A DNA stretch of 64,000 nucleotides from the NCBI GenBank assembly GCA_045159875.1, contig CP067995.1, positions 1,984,001 to 2,048,000 on the forward strand. Reading direction: 5' to 3'. Below are positions 1 to 12,865 of this stretch, one piece after another. Within the stretch, counting starts at the first letter, position 1, and every line of letters starts with the position of its first letter. A program made the position numbers and the translations under genes. The notes below the pieces were generated by a model. That model was given only the letters and a program-made list of their open reading frames with translations, searched no databases and was not told the origin of the DNA. Origin of the DNA: a cyanobacterium endosymbiont of Rhopalodia gibba. GTDB taxonomy: Bacteria; Cyanobacteriota; Cyanobacteriia; Cyanobacteriales; Microcystaceae.

Positions 1-1637
1 GTTAACTCCGCCTCGTCGATGGCTTGTTCCCAAACAGAATGGGCTTGATCTGCGTTTTCCCACCAAAAATCCATTCTTGCTCCCAATTCCCAAGCACGAT
101 GTACCACAGGGGACAAACGGCGAGCACTGCGTCCAACAAAATCCTCCATAGCAGAGATACGAATATCGGTGTAATTAACTTTAACTCCCCGAACTTTACG
201 AAACGCTTCTCTTAATAATTCTTGTTAACGAAGAAATTCACTGGTAGATACCGAATGCCATTGAAAGGGAGTGTGGGGTTTAGGAGTAAAGTTAGAAATC
301 GTTAAGGTAAGTTGGAGTGCTCGCTTACCCCTAGGACGACATTCTCGTTTTAACCAGCGCACAGTTTCTACAATGCCAAGCACATCAAGAGCCGTTTCCC
401 CTGGCAGGCTAATCATAAAATAGAGTTTAATTTTATGATTGGCCTTGCTCAACAGCGGTTTTGATACTCCTAAGTAATTCTTCGTTGGTTAACCATTTAT
501 TAAGCACATCCCGTAGCCTTTGGGTTCCTGTCTCGGGGGCAAAGGTTAACCCTGACTGACGAATTCCTCCAATGATGTTGGCGATATTTTCATCAAGGCG
601 ATATTTTCATCAAAGCGATCAACTCGTTGACTGTGTAAGGACAAAGAAATATTTTCTCCTTTAAGACGGTTTTTAATTTCTAATCCTACTGATTAGAGAG
701 AAAGATAGTCGGAACAGCTTAACGAAAGTAGGGAAAATTCGTTATGGACTGTCTGACGAATTCCTTCTTCAAGGGTATTAATGATTTGTTCAAGTTCTAC
801 ATCTCGTGCCGGACGGGTCAACATTCCGGGTTGGCAAAAACGACAGCCCCGGGTACATCCTCGACGTACTTCTAATATTAGGCATGTATGGTTTATACGA
901 AGGGAACAAACCCAATTGAGTAAGCAGGAAGAGGGGTTGCTACTCTTCGTAAAATTCTTCTAGGAACATCGGGACGGTTAGGATAGACTGAACTATCTTC
1001 AGCCACATCATAGAAACGAGGGACGTAAACCCCTGAAACTTGGGTTAAATCTAAGAGGAAGTCTTCTCTACTCAAGTTGTTGTTTTTTTCCTCTTCGATC
1101 ACTAAGCCAATTTCTGGAAGTAATTCTTCCCCATCTCCTAAAGCGATAAAATCGAAAAAGTCGGAAAATAGTTCTGGGTTAGAGGTTGCAGTTTGTCCTC
1201 CTGCAAAAATCAAAGGATAATCTCCATGATTGTGTTCTTGCTAAGTTAGAGGAATTTGAGCTAAATTAAGTATTTCTAGAACATTAGTTACCACTAACTC
1301 ATAGTTGAGGTTAAATCCCAAAATATCAAACTCAGTGAGGGAACGACGAGATTCCAGGGCAAATAGGGAAGTTTTGGAATTTCGTAGTTTAGTGGCTAAA
1401 TCTAGAGCGGGGAGGTAAGCGCGGTCGCATAATTGTCTGGGTTGAGCATTTAGGATATTGTAGAGGATAATATGACCTAAATTAGAAGCTCCAAGTTCGT
1501 AAATTTCTGGATAGGTAAGAACCCAATACACATCCGCTTTAGCCCAAGGTTTATGCTTGGCTCCCAATTCATTGCCTAGGTAACGGGCAGGTTTATTGAT
1601 CTCAGGGGGTAGTTAGTTTTTCTATTGCAACTGTCAT
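1..1637 (-). pseudogene. B12-binding radical SAM protein (TIGR03960-like), frameshifted and interrupted by stops; runs off the window start
   Basis: ATG at 1637 (MTVAIEKL...) then INKPARYLGNELGA. Fragments in several frames: LTYPEIYELGASNLGHIILY, IFAGGQTATSNPE, the CxxxCxxC motif region (RRGCTRGCRFCQPG at ~830-870) and NFTPKPHTPFQW. A 17-bp duplication lies at 581-614. Confidence 0.9.
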
Positions 1638-1725
1638 AATAAAACCTCCGGCACTTAGACTTCAGGATAAAACCCTGTCGCTTTTCTAAATATATACCGG
1701 AAGTTTTGGGAGATGAGATACAAGT

Positions 1726-2085
1726 TTAGGCTGCTACAGCATTGGGCATTAACAATTCAAACTGACGACGATTCTCAAAAATTTCTAGAGCCTTATCTAA
1801 CTGGGTTAGCTCAAAGACTATACGCACCGAGGGTTCTAAGGAACACACACTGAACCGCTTGCCCAAACTTTCAGCTAAAGAATAGACATACACTAATGCC
1901 ATTAATCCTGCACTGTCAAGAAACCCCACACTGTGCATATCGATCAAAAAGGTAGAATGCTTGGAAGAAATTATCGCTTGAGTTAGTTCCTGTTGAAAAC
2001 TAGCTGCATTGGCAGCTGTGATGTAGCCACTGGGCTCAAGGATAGCTAGTTCGTGATCAATAAAATTACTCCTCATCATTGCCAT
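1726..2085 (-). CDS. STAS-domain anti-sigma-factor antagonist
   Basis: 119 aa intact ORF with the STAS motif DMHSVGFLDSAGL and VRIVFELTQLD. Confidence 0.85.
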   Translation of the reverse strand: MAMMRSNFIDHELAILEPSGYITAANAASFQQELTQAIISSKHSTFLIDMHSVGFLDSAGLMALVYVYSLAESLGKRFSVCSLEPSVRIVFELTQLDKALEIFENRRQFELLMPNAVAA

Positions 2086-5000
2086 GTATCCTCTGTTTAA
2101 AGCAGTTTCCGTGATTAATGTGTACTCAGATTATAACCAGTTATCTTGGAAAAACAGTTAATCGAAATCAGTTACTTAATTGCAACTTAACTTTAGAGAG
2201 TTAGGTAACATCAATGTCTAGTCTTATAATTTAGTTATTCCTGGTCAACGAGAAAATTAGTTTCCTTCACATTAGAAATTTTTACCAAATTCTAGTTAAC
2301 TTTAGTGATTTTTTCAGCAGATATAGATTCTTCGGATTGTTTTGAGTCAAATTCCCAATTTTAAATCTTAAACTGGTCCACAGTTAAAATTTTATAGATA
2401 AAAAGTTGAAAATTCTACTAAAGTTAGTAAAATCTGGACTGCTTAAACTAGTCGATGACCTCAGTATGAGTCCGGAACAACGGACCATTTATAGTAAATT
2501 GGCTGTATAGCTTGTGTCTTGTTCGTCATCATTAAGAGATGACAATTCGACAGATTCTGCGTTGCTTTAATCTAATTTTTAATCTAATTAAGATTAGATT
2601 AAAAAATGAACAAAAACACAAATTTTAGTTGCATAAAGTTGTCTAAACCTATTCACTATTAGTTTAGACTTCGATATCATGTAATGATGATGGTGACTAA
2701 AACCTATACGCAAACTGTTAATAATGGCAAATATTGCTGTGGATACGATAGTTATTCGGTTTTTTTGCTGAGATTGCGATCACTTTAATATTTAATTTGA
2801 ACTACAACACGGAACAACTCATAATTCTTGATATTATTTGAGGAAATAGGCTTGTGTTAGTTGATACATCCCACGCTAGATTCAGTCAGCTTTTCTTCGA
2901 TACGTTAACGGAGATTGCTCTGTCCACTATTGGTTATTTAACTATAGAAAGCTTTATCCTAATAAATTAGTCAGAGACATCTTAGAGTCAGCCCCAAAGG
3001 TTACTGTTATGAGTTCTGAAGTAGAGCTCTAATCTCTCAAAGAATGTGTTCATCAACCATTTAAAAGTATACTTGTCAAAAGTGGAGAAACGACAGACTT
3101 AGGGAAAAGTCATTTCTTAACATTAGTGAATACACTGAGTTTAGCTGGGCTTGATACCATTTAAATTTATGACTACGGAACCCAAGCTCTATAAATTTTT
3201 AACCTATTAATGAGATAACCTTTATGAAATTAAATTCCAAAAATGAATAAAAAATGGTTGAATTTAATCGATGAACATTTAGCTCAAGATACAGAGCTAT
3301 CTAAAACAATATTACTAATAATAATATAGCAATCTTATTTAGTAAGATACGGCATAATAACTTTGTTGTCCTTTAATCAAAACAATTTTATTAACTGCAA
3401 CCGTTTTGGCATATGAAGTTTTTTTATCTATAATTTTTAATTCAAAATATTGAGTATTTTTTCTATTTTTTATTTACTTATTTTATTACTTTTATCAAAA
3501 TTATCAATATTATTGTTGAATGACTTTTCAATATTTTTTGTCTTATTTTTTTTGATCTATTAGATTTTATCTAATCAATTTTAGTATAAATAGACACAAT
3601 CTTTTCAAGACAACTAATAATTAACCGTTTTAAATAAATTTAACTGGTAGTCAAACTACAATAAATACAAGCTTTTATTGGATATATATTTTCGATAAAT
3701 TGAACTATCTGTATCTCATTTAAATAATTTATTGCCTAAGCAAATATAATAAAAAATATTGATTGAAACTATATAGATTAAATTTAATTTTTATAAAAAG
3801 TCTATTTATCGCTGTCTATTTAAAAATATTTATGTAAGAAAAGCTAGGACAAAATAATAGCAGTATTCTTAAATAAGGTTTTCAATTCTCAAATGACATC
3901 TAGTGTATTAGAAATTTTTTAAACAATATAGTATTGAGATAATTGCTGATACATTTTCTTAAAAGCCCAGGTAAATCTACCACATTAGAAAAATTTTCTA
4001 TCGTATAGTTATACGAGATAAGATTAGTACAATAGTCTTTATATTGATCTGAATAGTAATGTTAAATAAGTTGAACTTACTCAGCTATTAATTAGTGTTA
4101 TAACTCAGAAAAGTAAGTTGGCTCTAAGCTAATCTCCGACTTCTACTAAATCTGTATAGAGATATTAAAAAATATCCTTTTCCATAACTAACTTCAATAA
4201 CAAGTATGTTATTTAATTGATGGCGTTTCACTAATTCACTAGCTAGGGATTTCAGCATCTTGTTAAAATCTAGAAGAACTGTGTAAGGAGTTTTCGTAGT
4301 TTTTATTAAAACAACTTAGCTGAGTCGAAAGTCACATTATCAAGACTAAGTTTCATGTCTCCTTTAGTCCAATCCAGAGCAGTCTCAAGTGATTATAATG
4401 AAATATTTCAGTAGGCTTGAATATCTAATATTTTCAATAATGTATCTAAAATTTTATAAAAATTGATAGTATTTACCTATAAAAAATATATTATATTTAT
4501 TTAAACTATTAAAAATATATAAGTAAAAGTCTTTTTAATTAGACAAAATAGGCTACGTAAAACTCATTCTTTAAGAGAATGTAACGGGAAGCAGAGCTTA
4601 ACTTTCCATGTGTTTAGGTAAAACAAAAAAAATTCTACTTTCCTTATCTTAAAAAGTAAGGATTATCTCTAACTCTTTAAAATACCTAAAAATAGTTCTA
4701 TCCTTTTAAATCAAACTAGATAAGTTTTGTTTTTCATTAACCGAAACTTGTACTATGTCTAAAAATCTGACATATTCTATCCCATATTATTTTCGGTATT
4801 CTTCTACTGTTTTAGTTCAAATCAAAGTAGCACTTCTCCTAATTTATAAAATTAAACTAGATAGTTCATATTTAGGAATAAAATTAGCAAGTAAATAATA
4901 CATCCTGACAATATATATACATTTTTATTAAATTTTGAGTCTTTAAAATTTTTAATATATGACATGTTTTCAATTTTTTATCGCAACTGTTTTTTATTCT

Positions 5001-5089
5001 TTGTTTTATTTTTTCTAACTGTAAGTTTACTAACTTAAGTGCAATAGAACCATTTTTTGATTTTGCAACAAATAAAAATAAAAAAATCA

Positions 5090-6070
5090 TCAATCATTAG
5101 TTTTATAAAACTCTTGATACCATGCTACAAATTGTTGAAGACCTTGGGTTATTTTTGTCGTTGGTCTGAACCCGATATCGTTGACTAATTCATCTATATC
5201 AGCATAAGTCGATACAACATCTCCAGGTTGCATAGGTAAGAAATTTTTAACGGCTTTCATATTTAAAGCTATTTCAATTGTCTCAATAAATTCTTTTAAT
5301 TCTACTGGGTTATTCTTTCCAAGATTATAAATTTTATATGGGGGTTGATTAAGAGTATTTAAGGGAGACTTAGGGATAATCCTTACCATAGCCTCAATAA
5401 CATCATCAATGTAGGTAAAATCACGTTTCATCCCACCGTAATTATAAACCTCAATGGGTTTTTTTTCTGTGATCGCTCTAACAAATTTAAAATATGCCAT
5501 ATCCGGTCTTCCCCAAGGACCATATACCGTAAAAAAGCGCAATCCAGTAATAGGAATTCGATATAAATGACTGTAAGCATAAGCCATTAATTCATTCGCT
5601 TTTTTAGTAGCTGCATAAAGAGAAACTGGTCTATCTACATTATCAGTCACAGAAAAAGGAACCTTTTTGTTAGAACCATAAACTGAACTAGAAGAAGCAA
5701 AAACTAAGTGATTAATAAAGTTATGACGACAACCTTCTAAGATATTAGCAAATCCTACTAAGTTACTATCAATATAAGCTTCAGGATTTTCCAGGGAATA
5801 ACGAACTCCAGCCTGGGCAGCTAGATGAATAACATATTCAAAAGAATATTTCTTAAAGAGCTCTATCATCAAAGAGCGATGGCTAATATCTAAACGGCTA
5901 AATTCAAAGTTTTTTTGGCATAACAATTGCTCTAGACGAGCTTTTTTAAGGGTAACATCATAATAGTCGTTGAGATTATCTATTCCATATATTTGGTGAC
6001 CTTCTATTAATAATCGTTGTGCTAAATGATATCCAATAAAGCCAGCTACGCCTGTAATTAAAATTTGCAT
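5090..6070 (-). CDS. NAD-dependent epimerase, UDP-glucuronate 4-epimerase-like
   Basis: GVAGFIG Rossmann motif, HLAAQAGVRYS, YAATK, RFFTVYGPWGRPDMA. Confidence 0.9.
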   Translation of the reverse strand: MQILITGVAGFIGYHLAQRLLIEGHQIYGIDNLNDYYDVTLKKARLEQLLCQKNFEFSRLDISHRSLMIELFKKYSFEYVIHLAAQAGVRYSLENPEAYIDSNLVGFANILEGCRHNFINHLVFASSSSVYGSNKKVPFSVTDNVDRPVSLYAATKKANELMAYAYSHLYRIPITGLRFFTVYGPWGRPDMAYFKFVRAITEKKPIEVYNYGGMKRDFTYIDDVIEAMVRIIPKSPLNTLNQPPYKIYNLGKNNPVELKEFIETIEIALNMKAVKNFLPMQPGDVVSTYADIDELVNDIGFRPTTKITQGLQQFVAWYQEFYKTND

Positions 6071-6189
6071 TTTTATTCGTTAAAGGTTTTGATTGAAAAA
6101 TAAAAAATTAATGAATCAGAGATTTTATTAATTTTTTATTTAAGGACCGAATCATAATTTTTATTAGCCTACTATAGTTTACCTTGTTT

Positions 6190-6960
6190 GTATATTGGGT
6201 TTTAAACTTCATTCTAACTGTCTAATATATTCCATCGTGCCCAACTGGATGTTTCCATAACTACTCTATTTTAACTGCTAAATCGGTTGAATTGTTAGGA
6301 TAGAAAAGAAGTCTAGTAGGACTGCGGTCAACTAATATGGTAATCGCTTCAGTATTAAAGGTAATAACGAGAGTCCTTCTAACAAAATTCTTAATTACTA
6401 CTCGACTGAAAATTTTATACCATTTTGAGAAAGACACTAAAAACATAGCTTTTCTCATCAGTAAATAAACTTTGTCCATTGGTAGATAGCCTAACTATCT
6501 TAACTTTAGAAAATTTTCTAGTAGCCTCTATTGCTTAGTCAAACCAAAGAACATCTCCAACAATTTTTAGGTAAATTAGGTAATTAAACTGTTCTCAGAC
6601 TCCTAAAAGAACATTGAGTTATTTTCCTATCAAAAGTCGCAAATAAAAAGAGTATAACAACTTTTTGTCTGTTCCATAACCTAATTTTTATCAATTAAAT
6701 ACACTTAACTACAATTTTTTCTTAAGTCCACTCCGCTTCCATAAATTTCTGTTGTGAAAACTGGCTAATAAAAGTAAATTGACTTGTCTGGTTAAGGTTA
6801 GTCTATTTATGTTTAGACGGCGGACAGCATTAGTTTCATTAGTAGCACCTTTAGTAATTACAAGCTAAAGAAACAACTTTCCTAAGCAATCTTCACATAC
6901 TTATCTATCCTGAAAAAAGAGTATATCGGGGCGTAGTGGACAATGGTTTCGTAGAGTTTA
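6190..6960 (-). pseudogene. Glycosyltransferase family 4 remnant
   Basis: Broken-frame fragments SQFSQQKFMEA..EKIVVK, LKIVGD and LGYLPMDKVYLLMRKAMFLVSFSKWYKIFSRVVIKNF resemble the GT4 'PSxWYETFGRVxxEA' region. Boundaries are approximate. Confidence 0.7.
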
Positions 6961-7864
6961 GATACGGAAAACCCTTTTAGCTAAAGCAGCATAATAGACT
7001 AATGAGAAAATTAAAGGGAAAAATTCTGGGCGTGGATGAGTTCTGTAGGCGTTTGTTTGAGTTTTCCTCGCACCCTCTAGTATACTCCACAAAAGGGTCT
7101 TCATTTAGATAGATCAAAGTGAACAGACAAAAAAATGAGCCCGTACCCCATAAATATTCCCACTAAAATCATAGAAACTAACAATAATACCAATTACTTG
7201 AGAACTAACGGAACATTTTCAGGTTAGTTATAGTTTTGTTAGCCTTCTCTTTTTAAAGGTTTTTTAACAAATCTCTTCTGCTAAAGAAGCTTTTTTTTCA
7301 AAATTTTAATCTAGTACTCTTACAAGAGTATCTGAGCTTTTCTGATTTATCTTTCTATCTTTGGACCTAAATTTTTTCAATATTATTTAATTTTTTTTTA
7401 ATCTTTACTTTAAATTCTTATTCCTCAATCTTTTAAGATCTTCTTTCCCTAATTTATTATTTGTTTAATCAATTTTCTACTACAAATAAAATTTATTTTT
7501 ACAATAAGTATGCTATTTTTAATAGTCCATACTTGTGAGACTTTCCAGAGTAAATATTATATTCTTAATTTCATAGAAGTTTTACTTTTTAGGTACCCCA
7601 CGCTTAGTTTAAGTGAACTAAGTTTGGGGTTTTATTAGGTTTTACAGACATCGTTTTTACCTAAATTATTTTACTTTTATCAAAAGTAGATTATCACGAC
7701 CGTATTTAGTGTTGTTTCTACATACAATAACTGTTAAAGCTATACGGCTAGGCAGAAAATGCTTACCTATTGATGTAAACGTTGATTTAATTAAGGTTAA
7801 TACTTATGATTGCCTGAATATTTGCCTAGAAAATCATAGTCTTAATTGTCTAGGCAAAGGATTT

Positions 7865-8752
7865 CTAAGAGATGGCCATTTTAACTAGCTTAATAATCTC
7901 AGTGGGATGTTGAGCCACTTTTACCTTAGCTTTTTCAAAATCATCTATGATAGACTCTTCGGGGGGAATTTGTATCACTGACGAAGATAGTTGAGCAGCT
8001 ACAATTGTTTTAGCATCCCGAAAATTACGTTCTATGGGAGCATAAAGCCCAGCAATATAAGCAATAACAGGTTTTTTGACAGCTGAGGCAATGTATTCAA
8101 CTGCACAGAGTTCAGCATGGCTATTACCTCTTCCTAAAAGAACAATTACTTCAGTGGTACTGTCCTCTTCGAGTATCTGTAACCAATACTCAAAATTTGA
8201 GCCAATAATAAAATCTTTGCCTAAACTAACAACGAGAGACTGACCTAACTTAGCTCGGGTTAATTCCCTAGCTACTTCATCAACTAGGCGATCGCAACGA
8301 CTAACAATCCCCACAGATCCAGGACTATAAAAGGAATGCTCACATATTCCTAACCAAAACTGATTAGGAACAATTAACCCCTGACTGCCTGAACCCAGGA
8401 TAAAAGTCTGGTTAACTTGTGCTTTATGGAGAAGGTCAACCATATCTAGAGGAGGAACCCCCCCGGATACAATCACCAGCTGTCTAATTCCTGAAGCCAT
8501 TGCCTCTAAAGCTGCATCTAATACTTTATAGGGGGGTGTAAAAATAACACTGATATCAATATTTTTAAACTCGCTGACAGCTTTTTCTACTAGGTTAAAG
8601 ACTGGAATTCCATCTATCTTTGAACTATCATCGTTTATACTAATTCCAGCTACGATATTCATTCCAAAAGCTTTCATTTGTTTCCCATAGATGTTCCCCA
8701 GAGGAGTTGTAATTCCCTGGATAATAACTTTACTATCAGCTTGCCATTTCAT
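7865..8752 (-). CDS. sucD: Succinate--CoA ligase alpha subunit-like (divergent)
   Basis: N-terminal SKVIIQGIT CoA-binding fold, GQSLVVSLG, KPVIAYIAG; lies directly downstream of sucC. Confidence 0.8.
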   Translation of the reverse strand: MKWQADSKVIIQGITTPLGNIYGKQMKAFGMNIVAGISINDDSSKIDGIPVFNLVEKAVSEFKNIDISVIFTPPYKVLDAALEAMASGIRQLVIVSGGVPPLDMVDLLHKAQVNQTFILGSGSQGLIVPNQFWLGICEHSFYSPGSVGIVSRCDRLVDEVARELTRAKLGQSLVVSLGKDFIIGSNFEYWLQILEEDSTTEVIVLLGRGNSHAELCAVEYIASAVKKPVIAYIAGLYAPIERNFRDAKTIVAAQLSSSVIQIPPEESIIDDFEKAKVKVAQHPTEIIKLVKMAIS

Positions 8753-8857
8753 AAATCAATATAGTCGTCGTGTAATTAAATTGCAATCTTAATCAGATTA
8801 AATCAGAAAATAACCTAATGTTTTATTGAGTTTTATCTAGACTGAGGTGAGGAAGTC

Positions 8858-10129
8858 CTATTTTTTTTGAGCTTTAGCTAGAGAAACCGTTGTAGTAATC
8901 GCTTGTCCCAAATCCTCAGTCAAGTTAATGTCTAATCCAGAAAGACTTTCTTGAATTGAGTCAAGATCACCCCCGAGCAAACGAACTACTAAAGATGGTA
9001 GTTTCTTAACTTGGGAAAGATGATTTTGGGGTTTATAATCCTGTTGATGATCAAGGAAGTTAGTTTTTGTGGCTATTGGGAAAAGGTCTTGACGAAAGTC
9101 CGTCTTGCGTTCCAGATAAGGTTGAAAATGATCAGCGATCCCTTTTGCAATTACTCCGGAAGTTTTAAGACTACCCAAAATGTTAATTAACAGAACCTTT
9201 ATATGAGTCGATTTAATGGCTTGTTCTAAGGCGGTAGTCAACTGATCTATAAGAGAGATTAATCCTTCCTGTTCGCTGAGCATCCAACCACAGACGGGAT
9301 TAACTTGTTTATGAACTAACAGCTCCCAACTAGTAAGGGTCAATCCCCAGCCATTACTAATGATACCGATATTACCCTCGCCTGAGGTGGCTTTAATCAC
9401 ACAAACTTGAGGGAGAGTTAAAGGTTTAGGGATAAAAGGTTCGAATATCATTGACGAACTTTCTGGTTTAGAAGATGTGAGTAATTCTACTAGATCTTGA
9501 TGGCGAGACAAAGCTGCATCATTAACCGCAATTTTCCCATCGAGGGCCATAACTTCTCCAGTTGGACTCACCGCCAAAGGATTGATTTCAATCAAATCTA
9601 AATCCTTCTCCCGAAAAATCTGGTACATTTTTTCAAGAATGAAACTCACCGTCTGGATTAGTTTCCCTTGTAGTCCCATTTTCACAGCCAAACGGCGGGC
9701 ATAAAAGGGGGAAAAGTCGCTATCAACTACCACTTTTTCCATATGCTCAAGGAGGGTTTCCACATCAATTCCTCCTTTGGGTGAACCAAGCAAAACTGGA
9801 CGCTGAAGTTTATAATCAAGCAGAACCGAAAGAAAAAATTCAGATTTTGTATCGTAGCGAGCTTCTGCCAGAATAACTTCTGGATATTCTCCTAAAATTG
9901 CCAGATTAAAAATTGCTTGGGCAGCCACGATTGCATCGATCGTATTCTCCACAAAACGAATGCCCCCGGCTTTTCCACGACCTCCAGAACGGACTTGTGA
10001 CTTTAACACGACAGGATAAGGAATATGAAGGTGTTTAATTTCACTGAGATTAACGATAGGTTGGGAGGGTAAAATAGGAATACCCACCCGATGAAAAAGT
10101 TTTTTAGCTTGATATTCAAGTAAATCCAT
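8858..10129 (-). CDS. sucC: Succinate--CoA ligase beta subunit-like
   Basis: MDLLEYQAK, VLKSQVRSGGRGKAGG ATP-grasp motif, EINPL..ALDGK. Confidence 0.85.
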   Translation of the reverse strand: MDLLEYQAKKLFHRVGIPILPSQPIVNLSEIKHLHIPYPVVLKSQVRSGGRGKAGGIRFVENTIDAIVAAQAIFNLAILGEYPEVILAEARYDTKSEFFLSVLLDYKLQRPVLLGSPKGGIDVETLLEHMEKVVVDSDFSPFYARRLAVKMGLQGKLIQTVSFILEKMYQIFREKDLDLIEINPLAVSPTGEVMALDGKIAVNDAALSRHQDLVELLTSSKPESSSMIFEPFIPKPLTLPQVCVIKATSGEGNIGIISNGWGLTLTSWELLVHKQVNPVCGWMLSEQEGLISLIDQLTTALEQAIKSTHIKVLLINILGSLKTSGVIAKGIADHFQPYLERKTDFRQDLFPIATKTNFLDHQQDYKPQNHLSQVKKLPSLVVRLLGGDLDSIQESLSGLDINLTEDLGQAITTTVSLAKAQKK

Positions 10130-10399
10130 AACACTTTTAATCTCAAAAGTATAGGTTTTAGAAAAATAGGAAAATATGCAAGTTATTGTCCTACATTCTC
10201 TGAGTTGAAATTTATCGTAAAATTATCAATAAAAAAGTAAAAAGTAAGACTAATACTAAGTGGTTTATAAAAATTCTAGAACTCAAAGTATTACATCAGA
10301 TAAATACTCTTCCAATAAGATAGAGGATAGAGAAAAATTGAATGCTTCCCATCAACATGCTTGATTAACGGACTTGTTTAAGATTATCTACTTTTTTTT

Positions 10400-12430
10400 C
10401 TAAAAAGTTCAGTTATTAGACCCATTACTGTGCAATTCTCTCGTACTTTAATATTTACAATAACAGACATTCCTGATTGCAAAAGAATTTCACGATCGCG
10501 GACTCTTAAAAATTGTCGATCTAATTTAATTCTACTGGGAAAGTGATAAAAGCGATTAATTGTCTCAGGGTGAGTTTCCCTTCCAAAACTAAATAAGCTC
10601 CTACTTATAATGCCAGCAATTCAGAGATCTTATTAAGGAAGTTGCTTGCATTATAAGTAGCTCAAGTAGAGGTAATTACGACATTAAATTCAGCTGAAAC
10701 GTAACGGTAGCATTTATCTCGCCATTGTCAACGTGAATCCAATTCCTTATTTTGAGCTTTAACAGTTTTAATCTCTGATATCACCTCAACTAAATATGAT
10801 TGAACCTGGACATTACCTTCAGCTTTCGTCCATAGTTGACAGTGGTGGATGGTTGGGGAAAAAATTAAAGTCACTACCACAAGAATCGGGACAATCCTAA
10901 AACTACTAAGGTCAGCAGAGGACTATAGAAGACCATAACCAAAATGTAGATGATGGAGAATACTGAATCAAGTATTACAGTTAAAGCTGTTCCGGTGAGA
11001 ATTTTTCGGATCTTTTCGAGTTCATTGATTCGAGTGGGAATTTCTCCTACAGGTCATTTTTAAACGTAGTGTAATGGTAAACATAGCAAGTGATCGACAA
11101 TTTTTGAGCCCAAACTCATGTCGATATGACCAATCGTATCGACAAACGGATAGGTCCGCACAATAGTCCGCACAATAGTCCGCACAATAGTTAATCTCAC
11201 TTCAAAAATGGTAATAATCAGCAGCAACAACCATAATATGTGCAGAGTATCCACCCGATAATTATCTTGTCAATGATCACCCGAATCATTAAGGGATTTA
11301 GCTAAACTGAACAATTGAACAAAAAAGGAAGCAATTAAGACCTCAATCAACACCTAACGGTATTGAATTAAGGATAGGATAAACCAATTTAAGCCAAACC
11401 GTTTTTGGGGAGTACCTTTGGTAGGTTGTAATAGGAGAACTTCTCCTTCTTCTCCCCAAGTTTCCTGGAAATTTTATGGGTTAATTCTAATTATTCCTAG
11501 CTCACGAACGGCGATCATAATTTCATGATCGCTGACTTCATAAGATACAGCAAGACTTTCTTGCCAAAGGATTGGGGCAGAAGTTTTCAGTTGGATAAAC
11601 GATCTGATTTACCTGGAATGGTAATCAGTTGGGTATTGAGTCCCATCAACTCAATAATTGCTCCCTGTAAAGGAAATGATGAACTAACTTATTGTGCGTT
11701 GTAATTGCTCAACCAAGATTCGACGAATCAGATTACGACAGAAGGGCATACAAAAATGGTGACTTAGCATTTTGAAGCAAGTAATTCCTAGGTCTAAAGG
11801 GATATTATCTCGAATTAACGGATAGGTTTCACCTCTGTTCCTACAAGTCCGGCATCAACATAGGGAATCTTTAAGTCCGAGTCGATGGTGTCGGGCAAAC
11901 CTGCTTCTATTCGCTGTTGATTATCTCTATATTCTGATTTCAGTGTTTTAACTTTTGACAGTTATTGCCATTGAGCAGGTAATTTAATGAAACGAGCAGG
12001 TTGGTTTCCTGTGATTGTTAAGGGAGAGATTATCCTATTTTGAGGAATACAACTACCAACGGGGTAGTTGATAATTTTTTTCCCTCCACTCACTGACCAT
12101 AAAATTTTAGGATTTTGTAGAAGAATTGATGCCTCGGAGGCTAGATTTCCTGCCGATCAATAGTAAACTTGGATATCACTCAGGACTCGTATGGTTAACT
12201 CTTTGAAATTTCTTGAACTTTGAGCCTTTTGCTCTAGTTGAATGTTAAGTGGACCAAACAGTTCAGGAAGGATGCACTGTTCTTTTAAAAATTCCGTAAA
12301 GACTGGATATTTTTCTAGGAGAGTTAAAAATTCTCGTTGATCTAGAGTTATGCAAACATATTCGGTGGAGACGACACCTTTTTAGATGGAACCCCTCATA
12401 TTAAACTAATCCAACCTAATATAAACTCTG
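10400..12430 (-). pseudogene. Type I secretion / peptidase-domain ABC transporter (HlyB-like) remnant
   Basis: Fragments MLSHHFCMPFCRNLIRRILVEQLQR (C39-like region), RTYPFVDTIGHIDMSLGSKIVDHLLCLPL and RINELEKIRKILTGTALTVILD (ABC membrane domain). Many stops and frameshifts; boundaries approximate. Confidence 0.8.
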
Positions 12431-12865
12431 ATTCAAGTAATTTTAAGGTTAGGAGCAAATGAAGTGAGGGGGACTAGAATCCTACCTAAAATTTTGACCC
12501 CCTCAAAAAGCAAACCACAAAAAAACGAATAATTCTACGGTACTGCAAGACATGAGACCTTGACTTATAGTAAGTCTCAGCTATATTACTTCCAATTAAT
12601 TGAACCAGTCTACATTATAGCTAATAGCTATCGTAAACCTGCTTAAATTTTCGTATACCATTATAACTTAATGAGTTTTTTAAAAAAACTATGTATCTTG
12701 TATTTAAGTGAAAATACATTAAACAGCCTGTCAAAACATCCTCAAAATGTTAGGTTCGGAAATGATGTAAAAATCCCGCGCTATAAGCTTACGCGACTCG
12801 TCGGAACGGGTAATAAAGCTCATCCAATATAGTCGATTTAACCTGTTTGAGGTTTTACAAAAATT

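Noticed and set aside
4884..5093. 69-aa ORF overlapping the epimerase stop
   Set aside because: AT-rich, K/I/L-biased and motif-free; at most the eroded start of a dead downstream gene.
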